Shown piece after piece: positions 45,551-52,382 of a stretch of 64,000 nucleotides of DNA. This DNA is from a virus, in IMG/VR virus record IMGVR_UViG_3300028920_000049; one strand, written 5' to 3'. Position 1 is the first letter of the stretch; every line of letters begins with the position of its first letter. The notes beneath the pieces were generated by a model. It had not been told where the DNA came from, made no database searches, and saw only the letters and a program-made list of their open reading frames with translations. Made by a program: the position numbers and the translations under genes.

Positions 45551-45730
45551 ATTGTGGCTACTTCTAGTTTGACTCAGCTTACCTTCCCATGAAGTGGAGA
45601 CAGTAAGGAACGGAATGCTCTTTCCTGCATTCATTGTATAGAGAGCAGCCATGTATCGCCGATAGCACGAAGACTGACAGTAGTGCTGCGATTATAGCAA
45701 CTAATTTGATCGTTTCTTTGGTTCCGCGCC

Positions 45731-46033
45731 TCATTTCTTTTCTTTCTGAAGGTCGGTAACTTCTCTTGCACCCTCGGCATAGAAGGCAGCTTCTTCTGGG
45801 TCCAGCTCATAGAGGAGCTGCAGGAACTCTCCAGCATGTACCTTTTCTTCGTCGGCAATCTCGAGTAGTACTTCCTTGGCTAGTTTGTTGCTTGTAGCTT
45901 CAGCTAGCTGTTGGTACATCTGGACTGCCTCAAATTCAGCTGCCATCATGAATCTGATGCCTCGCACGAGCTCCTCGTCAGTTACTTTGCCCTTAGCTAG
46001 GACATGTTTCATATAGTCGCCGAATTCTGGCAT
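45731..46033 (-). CDS. short ferritin-like / rubrerythrin-like protein (EncFtn-type)
   Basis: IRFMMAAEFEAVQMY...IADEEKVHAGEF. Start MPEF at 46033 after AAGGAG (track extension is tRNA-Pro sequence). Confidence 0.85.
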   Translation of the reverse strand: MPEFGDYMKHVLAKGKVTDEELVRGIRFMMAAEFEAVQMYQQLAEATSNKLAKEVLLEIADEEKVHAGEFLQLLYELDPEEAAFYAEGAREVTDLQKEKK

Positions 46034-46047
46034 TGTTGCTCTCCTTG

Positions 46048-46122
46048 TGGTCGGGGTGGCCAGGATCGAACTGGCGACATCTTGGTCCCAAACCAAGCGC
46101 GCTACCGCTGCGCTACACCCCG
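46048..46122 (-). tRNA. tRNA-Pro(UGG)
   Basis: Loop UUUGGGA, C1-G72, CCA encoded. Confidence 0.95.
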
Positions 46123-46166
46123 TGAATCTCTGGTTATACAACAATATTGAAAGACTGGAAAGTCCT

Positions 46167-46538
46167 TTATAAAGTCTCTTCGAAATTCTGTTTCTTTTGT
46201 TTCGGAGCCGATTGGACCTTAGGTACTGCGCAAATTCCTCTGACTTCAGCAGCATCTACACCTAGCCATACCCAATGATGCCCTTGAGATACGCACATCT
46301 CTACCATTGGTGCCATGTTGTCTAGGATTGCCTGAACTCTATGGTCGAGTATCCTTACATCCTCACTAGCCCTATCTGCCCTCCATGTATCATATGCAGT
46401 AGCAGACATGAAGCTAAGGGACAGAAGTGCTCCCGCGATTATAGTAAGAAGCAGAGCTAGACCAGTTATTGGGCTAAAGATCTTTTTCAGGGCAGCTTTG
46501 ACTCTTTCCCACTTTGTAGGTTTCTTCTTTTTTGACAT
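46167..46538 (-). CDS. single-pass membrane protein
   Basis: Basic N-terminus followed by a hydrophobic segment. Confidence 0.55.
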   Translation of the reverse strand: MSKKKKPTKWERVKAALKKIFSPITGLALLLTIIAGALLSLSFMSATAYDTWRADRASEDVRILDHRVQAILDNMAPMVEMCVSQGHHWVWLGVDAAEVRGICAVPKVQSAPKQKKQNFEETL

Positions 46539-46608
46539 GCTCTTCTCCTATCTGACAATTTTGACAGGAGAATCATGTATTTACAATGTAGGGAAAGGTG
46601 GTTATTTG

Positions 46609-46683
46609 CGGGGGAGAAGGGACTCGAACCCTTGACACACGACTTAACAGGCCGTCGCTCTGAACCAACTGAGCTACACCCCC
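46609..46683 (-). tRNA. tRNA-Asn(GUU)
   Basis: Loop CUGUUAA; G73. Confidence 0.93.
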
Positions 46684-46690
46684 TAATTTA

Positions 46691-47569
46691 TTACTTCTTT
46701 GCTTTCTTGACTTTGTACATGAGTTCATCAGCACTTGCAAGCATTGATAGCAGGTTGGGTAGCTTTCCAGCTTCGTAGCAAGATGCTCCGATACTCACAG
46801 ACAGTCTAACGTCACATTCAGGGATACGCTTGCCCTTGATTGCGTTGTTAATTCTTTCCTTCAGCTTTTCAGCCTGGATTACGTCGGTATTTGGCAAGAA
46901 CACAGCAAATTCATCACCGCCCATACGTCCAACAATATCTGCATCTCGTGTAGTGTCGAGCAAAGCAGATGCTACCTTCAGTAGTGCAATGTCTCCGTAT
47001 TCATGACCATACTCGTCATTGATCGGCTTTAGGTCGTCTACATCAACAAAGAGGACTGCGGCTGGCTGATCAAAGCGCTTAGATACCTTGAGCTGCTGCT
47101 GGCCTAGTGTGATGAATCCTCTTCTGTTGAACACCTGAGTGAGCTCGTCAGTGAACAGCTCATTCCTGACATCATCCAGTCTCTTCTGGCGTTCAATGCT
47201 GAATAGAATTGCAGAGATGAGTGCGTGAGAGGTGAGTCCTTCCTTCACTAGGAAGTCATGCGCACCAATCTGCACAGCTCTGTATCCTAGATGGAAGTCA
47301 TCTTTTTCATCTGTCATGACAATGACAGGAGTAGCCATTACCTCACCATTGAGCTTAGTGAGGGCTTCTAGGTTGGCAAAACCAGGTAGGCTAAGATCTA
47401 GGAGAATTGAGTGATAGCTCTTATTTGTGAGGTTCTCTTGAGCTTCCTCAACAGAAGATACCGTGTCGATTCGAAAGGTATACCTGTGGTCATCGAGAAG
47501 CATGTTCTCAATAACTGTTGACTCATCTTGATCATCATTAATGATCAATACTTTTGGTCTCCAGAGCAT
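46691..47569 (-). CDS. response regulator-diguanylate cyclase (REC-GGDEF)
   Basis: LIINDD, ILLDLSLP (acceptor Asp), DELTQVFNRR, DVDDLKPINDEYGH, RDAD I-site and intact GGDEF. Confidence 0.93.
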   Translation of the reverse strand: MLWRPKVLIINDDQDESTVIENMLLDDHRYTFRIDTVSSVEEAQENLTNKSYHSILLDLSLPGFANLEALTKLNGEVMATPVIVMTDEKDDFHLGYRAVQIGAHDFLVKEGLTSHALISAILFSIERQKRLDDVRNELFTDELTQVFNRRGFITLGQQQLKVSKRFDQPAAVLFVDVDDLKPINDEYGHEYGDIALLKVASALLDTTRDADIVGRMGGDEFAVFLPNTDVIQAEKLKERINNAIKGKRIPECDVRLSVSIGASCYEAGKLPNLLSMLASADELMYKVKKAKK

Positions 47570-47642
47570 CTCGACTCCTCTGTCGTTTAGACAATTCTAT
47601 CATGCACTTTTGATGTTTTGAATGTAGGAGAGTGTAGGTTTA

Positions 47643-49343
47643 TTACAGGGTAGTGTCAATGATTAGGTCGTCGGTATATCCCTGGTAGGCTGTCTCGTGG
47701 GGATAGCCATAAGGATTACAGATTAGCTCAGTGTCACCTAGAGTCAGGTGTCTGAAATCATGTGTATGACCGAAGAACCAGAAGTCTGGCTGGTGCCAGA
47801 TTATCGCGTCAAAGTTAGATGAGAAAAACACGTTACAAGTGTTGTGCCGCCATCTTGGATGGGCACACTCTTGGACAGGAAGGTGGTGTGTAACCACGAT
47901 ATCTCCCCGCTGGACGTTGTTTTTCAGAAACTCTTCGGTTTTTGCGTGTTCGGCGATTATTGCATCCCTTTTACCCTCAATTAGTCTCTGATCTGGCCAT
48001 TTATCTCCTAGCTGCATAGCTATAATGCTATTAGGATACCAGCCAGTGGCACCTATGAACCTTTGTCCATCAATGACTGTGGAGCTCTTTTCTAGGAAGT
48101 GCAGATTGTCTATCTTACTGCTGAGGTTGTTGAGAGATTCGTGTCTTCTCTCTATGCTAGAGTGCCAGCAATTGCCTGTAAAAAAGGCCTTTCCGTTTCT
48201 GCGTACTGCGAAGTTTGAATATGGAACATTTAAGCACCAGACAGTTCCGTTGTATTGGGTCTTCTTAAGGCCACGGGCCAGATTCTCAACTTGTGTGTTC
48301 TCTTTGTTGAAGGCCAGGTTTAAGCGAAAGGCTCCTGGTCTATATTCAACTAGGCTGCTGCGAATGCCACTTTGGACAGCTAAGCTTTGTACCCATTCTA
48401 GGAATTCCTTTGTTCCGTTTAGTGCACCGGCTTGTCTTCCTGGGGCCCAGGATCCATCCCCATTCATAGCTTCTCGAATGAAGATCCTAAACTGTCTAGC
48501 CGATAAGTGCCTAAACATGTTTTTGTTTGGGGTCTTATCTGAAAAGATCCATCTGCGTAGTAGGCCTGAGCTTTCTGATTTAATATAGAATTGTCCCTGT
48601 GATAAACAGGACTTTATTTTCTTTCCAGCAATCTCTTTTATCTCTCTATCTCTAGACGTGAAAGTGTATTTATAGCCTAGATTACTCAGTACATTTTTAA
48701 TTCTTTGTATACCTTCTGGTTTTGATTGATAGATGCTAAAGAGGTGGTTTTGACATCCTCCGTCAGTAAGAATCCATGCGAGTAGCCTAATTTCGTCATC
48801 TTCTATAAAGTCTAATTCTCTGTTTTCTACCTTTCTCGCGCATGGAAGATTGATCCGAGTATTAGGAATATCTTGTGAAGTGCCATATCTAAGGTCTGAA
48901 AATTCTCCGTTGGCCTTTCTAAGATAGAAGGGGATTCTATGTCCTTTTGTAATTCCAAAACTTACTGCTTGATTTTCGTAGCAGTAAATGTCATTGGCTT
49001 CTTTAATGATAACTTTGTTGATTGGAACCCATGCGGCAGTCTCTTCTGGAGTAATAGACAGAACCATATCCATGGGTTGGATTTCGTTATACTTTATCCA
49101 ACCACGGAGAGTTAACAGCTCGGTTTCAGTATCCAAACAGTCATGATTTCCTAGCACAAAAATTACGTGCTCGAACCGATCACAAAATTTTCTGAGAGCT
49201 TTCTTTAGTCTCTTCTTGTAGCCAACAGCTAGATCGCCGGCTATGACAAGCACATCAACGCCTTCGTTGGGAAGCCTGTCTGGGACCATGGAATTGGGGT
49301 GACCGAATTCAACGTGAATGTCACTGATTAGCTTGATCTTCAT
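47643..49343 (-). CDS. calcineurin-like metallophosphoesterase, intein-containing (about 243 aa after splicing)
   Basis: SDIH, IAGD, GNHD, VVTHH and FGHTH. Confidence 0.9.
   Translation of the reverse strand: MKIKLISDIHVEFGHPNSMVPDRLPNEGVDVLVIAGDLAVGYKKRLKKALRKFCDRFEHVIFVLGNHDCLDTETELLTLRGWIKYNEIQPMDMVLSITPEETAAWVPINKVIIKEANDIYCYENQAVSFGITKGHRIPFYLRKANGEFSDLRYGTSQDIPNTRINLPCARKVENRELDFIEDDEIRLLAWILTDGGCQNHLFSIYQSKPEGIQRIKNVLSNLGYKYTFTSRDREIKEIAGKKIKSCLSQGQFYIKSESSGLLRRWIFSDKTPNKNMFRHLSARQFRIFIREAMNGDGSWAPGRQAGALNGTKEFLEWVQSLAVQSGIRSSLVEYRPGAFRLNLAFNKENTQVENLARGLKKTQYNGTVWCLNVPYSNFAVRRNGKAFFTGNCWHSSIERRHESLNNLSSKIDNLHFLEKSSTVIDGQRFIGATGWYPNSIIAMQLGDKWPDQRLIEGKRDAIIAEHAKTEEFLKNNVQRGDIVVTHHLPVQECAHPRWRHNTCNVFFSSNFDAIIWHQPDFWFFGHTHDFRHLTLGDTELICNPYGYPHETAYQGYTDDLIIDTTL
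48171..49139 (-). mobile_element. intein (323 aa) with LAGLIDADG endonuclease
   Basis: Begins CLDTETELLTLRGW right after GNHD and ends RRNGKAFFTGN before a +1 Cys. Blocks LAWILTDG and AMNGDG. Confidence 0.9.
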
Positions 49344-49357
49344 TCTATGCCTGCGTG

Positions 49358-49428
49358 TGCTGGTAGAAAGAATCGAACTTTCCCCAGACGCTTATGAGGC
49401 GTCTTGGCCCAACCTGAGCCCTACCAGC
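49358..49428 (-). tRNA. tRNA with CAU anticodon (Met or Ile2)
   Basis: Loop CUCAUAA; short variable region. Confidence 0.8.
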
Positions 49429-49429
49429 T

Positions 49430-49510
49430 TGGAGGCGGTGCCACGAGTTGAACGTGTTGCGCTGAGTTTATGAGACTCAGTGAGCTCGCCCGGCTCTTAT
49501 GCACACCGCA
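49430..49510 (-). tRNA. atypical initiator-like tRNA(CAU)
   Basis: U1/C72 mismatch, GAGC/GCUC D-stem, 5-nt insertion before the D-stem, loop CUCAUAA, CCA encoded. Confidence 0.65.
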
Positions 49511-49516
49511 GCAAAT

Positions 49517-49649
49517 AGGACGAGGATTATCGATAAGAGTCAGTTTGTTATCGTCCTCCATAAGTTGCGGAGGACCTTGGATTTGCACCAAGTCAAAAAC
49601 ATTAAATTGTTTTATCGTCTTGAAGTAACTCTTGCCTTCACTTCGTCCT
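49517..49649 (-). ncRNA. Y RNA-like copy 3
   Basis: AGGACG/CGUCCU stem, GUGAAGGCAAGAGUUACUUC, T-arm CUUGG-UGCAAAU-CCAAG, extra GUCCUCC/GGAGGAC hairpin. Confidence 0.78.
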
Positions 49650-49752
49650 TGTTTCCTACCTAGATGACTCCAGGTAGGAATGTAGATCAGCCTAACTAGA
49701 CGAGAATGGTCGTTACTTCCATTCTCTTTAATCCCATCGGTCACTGACATGA

Positions 49753-49878
49753 CCTAGCTTAAGTTCCTCTCAGTCCTAGGTGTGGAGGTTCGTATAAGCA
49801 GGAACTAATCAAACTGTCAGCCACACGGTTTTTCTCAATGCCTGTCAGAGCCTGATTCTAACCTTTAAGTCTGGCATT
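49753..49878 (-). ncRNA. unidentified structured RNA with a possible kissing-loop interaction
   Basis: Hairpins AAUGCC/GGCAUU, GUGUGG/CCACAC and CCUAG/CUAGG; loop segments AGUUCCU and AGGAACU are complementary. Confidence 0.45.
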
Positions 49879-49910
49879 GCACGGAATCCCTAGTGAGTCG
49901 TGCTGTTTTT

Positions 49911-50019
49911 GGCTGGGAAAGGTCGGAAAGAGTAACGAACTGGGCCCACCCTCACACCTGAATCGAACAGGCAGTCTTTGTTTGCAATAAAAGAAGTAAC
50001 TCTAACCTTCACCACAGCC
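49911..50019 (-). ncRNA. Y RNA-like copy 4
   Basis: GGCUG/CAGCC stem, GUGAAGGUUAGAGUUACUUC, anticodon-like loop containing UUGCAAA, T-arm CCUG-UUCGAUU-CAGG. Confidence 0.8.
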
Positions 50020-50023
50020 TTTT

Positions 50024-50093
50024 GATAATCTAAGAGTCCTAAGCCGATAAATAAGCTGGCCAGCTTGGGTCAGCCCGGTATCCTTAGATCATC
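50024..50093 (-). ncRNA. unidentified 70-nt branched RNA
   Basis: 11-bp closing stem GAUGAUCUAAG/CUUAGAUUAUC with inner GGG/CCC and AAGCUG/CAGCUU hairpins. Confidence 0.45.
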
Positions 50094-50097
50094 TTTT

Positions 50098-50196
50098 GAG
50101 CGAGTATAGACGGTAAGAGAAACGCCCTTTGAGTCGAGCAGACTTGGTAGCAGATTAAAATATCAGCTTGAAGTATCTCTCGCCTTCACTACGCTC
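50098..50196 (-). ncRNA. Y RNA-like copy 5 (degenerate T-arm)
   Basis: GAGCG/CGCUC stem, GUGAAGGCGAGAGAUACUUC. Confidence 0.72.
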
Positions 50197-50200
50197 TTTT

Positions 50201-50274
50201 GTTGTTGGTCGATAGGTTGCCACTTAAGAGAACTGCAGGGGCCTATCTGTTACATGTTCCCTTACACCAACAAC
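50201..50274 (-). ncRNA. unidentified 74-nt stem-loop RNA
   Basis: 9-bp closing stem GUUGUUGGU/ACCAACAAC and inner GAUAGG/CCUAUC stem. Confidence 0.45.
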
Positions 50275-50275
50275 T

Positions 50276-50351
50276 TGGGGTGACTGACGGGTATTGAACC
50301 CGCGACCTTCTGGGCCACAACCAGATGCTCTACCGCTGAGCTACAGCCACC
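50276..50351 (-). tRNA. tRNA-His(GUG)
   Basis: Encoded G-1 opposite C73, loop UUGUGGC, CCA encoded. Confidence 0.95.
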
Positions 50352-50355
50352 AAAA

Positions 50356-50424
50356 ATTCGGGAGAAGGGGCGTTAAGAGTGTTTTCTTATTCGCCGAAGT
50401 ATCTCTCAACTTCACTTCCCGAAT
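50356..50424 (-). ncRNA. minimal Y RNA-like copy 6 (Ro-binding stem only)
   Basis: AUUCGGGA/UCCCGAAU stem, GUGAAGUUGAGAGAUACUUC, no T-arm; 69 nt. Confidence 0.7.
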
Positions 50425-50429
50425 ACTTA

Positions 50430-50458
50430 TTTATGTATGTTCTTTAGTCCTTTGTCAA
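50430..50458 (-). promoter_or_regulatory. sigma70-like promoter for the Y RNA/tRNA-His cluster
   Basis: TTGACA-17 nt-CATAAA ending 6 nt before copy 6. Confidence 0.5.
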
Positions 50459-50460
50459 GG

Positions 50461-50649
50461 CTAAAGTAGGAGTATCATTACCCAAACTAACATGCCGCCG
50501 GCGACTACAATACCCAGAACATCCTTACCTGGCGTAATATGTTCTATTCTAGGGTAGTCATTCTGACTTAGCCTAAATAGGTCATGAATCATGGAAAGTA
50601 CATAAATGAATGCCATGAAAGCTAAGTAAACTGTCATTGCTGCTGTCAT
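50461..50649 (-). CDS. small membrane protein
   Basis: Two hydrophobic segments; AAGGAG RBS. Confidence 0.6.
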   Translation of the reverse strand: MTAAMTVYLAFMAFIYVLSMIHDLFRLSQNDYPRIEHITPGKDVLGIVVAGGMLVWVMILLL

Positions 50650-50662
50650 CTTATCTCCTTTT

Positions 50663-50859
50663 CCTTACTCAAGGTCACCCCTATACCAACTTAGCTAATG
50701 AGGGTAGGGAGGCTGGGGGCTCACCCCAGAATAGCTGAGTATTCTGTCTATAAAACAGCCCTCATCACTATCATCCCCGGAGTAAGGTCTCATTCCCCCT
50801 CGAGCTCGCTGCAGCTAGCCGGATCTTCGATCCTAGGCGACGATGCGGGAGCTCGAGGG
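50663..50859 (-). ncRNA. unidentified multi-domain structured RNA (possible cis-regulatory leader)
   Basis: CCUUACUC/GAGUAAGG, AUGAGGG/CCCUCAU, GGCUG/CAGCC and an 11-bp CCCUCGAGCUC/GAGCUCGAGGG helix. Confidence 0.5.
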
Positions 50860-50863
50860 AAGA

Positions 50864-50892
50864 GACGAAAAACCGCGTACAGGTTTTTCGTC
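50864..50892. terminator. perfect 11-bp hairpin, possible terminator
   Basis: gacgaaaaacc-gcgtaca-ggtttttcgtc. Confidence 0.45.
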
Positions 50893-50994
50893 AGGAATGT
50901 TAAAGTTGCTTCTTTTCTTAGTAATCGTTTCGTTTCAATGGTTTTGTCAAAATGTTAAGAAGCATTTCCTTAACTTGGCGGAACCGCCTAAGGA

Positions 50995-51123
50995 GACGAG
51001 AATAGTCAGAAAGAGATTACGTTTACTTGTCACCTTGACATCCCCCTCATGGGGGGGGGATCTGGGAATCGAACCCAGCTAAGCTCATTAGTATTGAGAA
51101 GTATCTCTTGCTTTCACTGCGTC
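50995..51123 (-). ncRNA. Y RNA-like copy 7
   Basis: GACG/CGUC stem, GUGAAAGCAAGAGAUACUUC, T-arm CUGGG-UUCGAUU-CCCAG, extra AUCCCCC/GGGGGAU hairpin. Confidence 0.78.
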
Positions 51124-51298
51124 CTTTTGACTCATGAGGGCTAGGAGGGGATAGTGCCCCCATGAGTCTGAGGAGGTGATATGTACCATTTCTGGTACAT
51201 CTTCTGGATCTGTTGTGCGGAGACAGACCCGAAGACCTATTCCTACAGTATTTTTTGTGGTTAGGCAAGTCCTTTCGAACCTGCCTGACCTGTGCAAC

Positions 51299-51541
51299 TT
51301 AGTACATTGTACCCACGCTGCGTCTGGCCTGACTTGCGGTCGTCACGTAGGGATAATAGGTCCCTCTGGTGACGTTAGCACGGAAGGCTGCGATGCTAGC
51401 GTTGGAGATCTTGTACTTGTTGCGAATGCGCTCGTTTGTCCAGCCACGGTGAATAGCATCAACAACGTTGAATGCTATCTTTCCGTAGAACTTCCGAAAC
51501 TCTGCGCGAGCCTTGCGAGCTCTCTTCGACAACGTAGCCAT
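51299..51541 (-). CDS. hypothetical basic protein
   Basis: 80 aa with an AGGAG RBS. Confidence 0.55.
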   Translation of the reverse strand: MATLSKRARKARAEFRKFYGKIAFNVVDAIHRGWTNERIRNKYKISNASIAAFRANVTRGTYYPYVTTASQARRSVGTMY

Positions 51542-51551
51542 AATGGCTCTC

Positions 51552-52382
51552 CTAGGTCATGCTACCTCTAGTTCTTTTTAGATTACTAAGAATCTTTTGA
51601 AGAACCTTCTTTGGGCACTGGTCCGGTAGCCTTGTGATAACCATTGCCCTGTTTACCTCGTCGATTAGTTGCTCTATTTCTAGAGACATCTTCTCGACCT
51701 GTATTTCGTCAAGCTGGCTGCGTCTTTCTTCTGGTTTCATATATGATTCCAGAATCGCACCAGCAGTAGGGAGTTCAAAGACTGGCTTGGGATAGTCCCA
51801 TAGAGCCTCTGCTCTCCATTCAAATTCTTCCTCGCGAAGGTAGTAAATTGCCTGCAGTAGCCGGTAATAAGCCATTATGGCTTTCTTTTTGTCCTTCTTG
51901 GATTTTCTCCAATCGTGCAGCGCATTACCTTTAGCAGCCCTACCGATCTTGTTCGTCAGCCCTTCTCTCATCAGGTTAATGAGTCCTGAAGATCCAATTG
52001 CATGATGAATCTCAGGCATATAAAGGATTTCGTAGGTTACAAACGATCCTTTAAGCAGCAGACTAATGAACTTCCACATCTCGAAACTGTCGACCGAGAA
52101 GTCTCCACCTTTTGTCCCCGTGGGGACTTCTTCGAGGTCTAGTGTGAAGCTTTTTCTGATTACCTGTTGCCTAGGCCTAAAGTCAGGATGCTCAAGGATG
52201 TCCCAGGTATCCATTAGGTGTAAACCTAGATAATCTCTGTCTGACGTGTCGACGCTTAGACCATAAGCACGAGAGCCCGAAAGAATGCAGGAGATTGGTT
52301 GGACACCTCCTGGATAACCTTCATTGACAATATACTCGGCAATCTCTTCTTCTGTTACGCTGTCTTGGATTCCTTCTTCCAC
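51552..52382 (-). CDS. Pol-beta superfamily nucleotidyltransferase (RlaP / PF10127-like)
   Basis: ILSGSRAYGL.VDTSDRDYLG, FEMWKFISLLLKGS..TYEIL. Confidence 0.82.
   Translation of the reverse strand: MEEGIQDSVTEEEIAEYIVNEGYPGGVQPISCILSGSRAYGLSVDTSDRDYLGLHLMDTWDILEHPDFRPRQQVIRKSFTLDLEEVPTGTKGGDFSVDSFEMWKFISLLLKGSFVTYEILYMPEIHHAIGSSGLINLMREGLTNKIGRAAKGNALHDWRKSKKDKKKAIMAYYRLLQAIYYLREEEFEWRAEALWDYPKPVFELPTAGAILESYMKPEERRSQLDEIQVEKMSLEIEQLIDEVNRAMVITRLPDQCPKKVLQKILSNLKRTRGSMT

Noticed and set aside
25670-46255. N-terminal extensions of track ORFs starting at 25723, 30894, 34544, 38096, 42276 and 46255
   Set aside because: The extensions translate tRNA or Y-RNA sequence; downstream ATGs with RBSs are the likely starts.
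46561-46587. Plus-strand TTGACA...TACAAT promoter
   Set aside because: The spacer is only 15 nt and it would point antisense into tRNA-Asn.
49712-49719. GAAGUAAC segment complementary to the Y-RNA GUUACUUC motif
   Set aside because: An 8-mer is expected by chance in a window this size, and it lies largely within a local hairpin.
49421-49750. Track ORF of 109 aa
   Set aside because: It runs through Y RNA copy 3 and a tRNA and has no recognisable protein features. Probably spurious.
50024-50790. Hammerhead ribozymes (CUGA and UGAUGAG-like words)
   Set aside because: No complete CUGANGA plus GAAA core in the right stem context.
49517-51123. CRISPR array made of the GAAGTA(A/T)CTC...TTCAC repeat
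   Set aside because: Spacing is irregular, the repeats are embedded in closed stems with T-arms, and there are no cas genes. The pattern fits Y RNAs.
51047-51297. Track ORFs 51047..51268 and 51088..51297
   Set aside because: They overlap Y RNA copy 7 and hairpin-rich sequence and lack credible RBSs.
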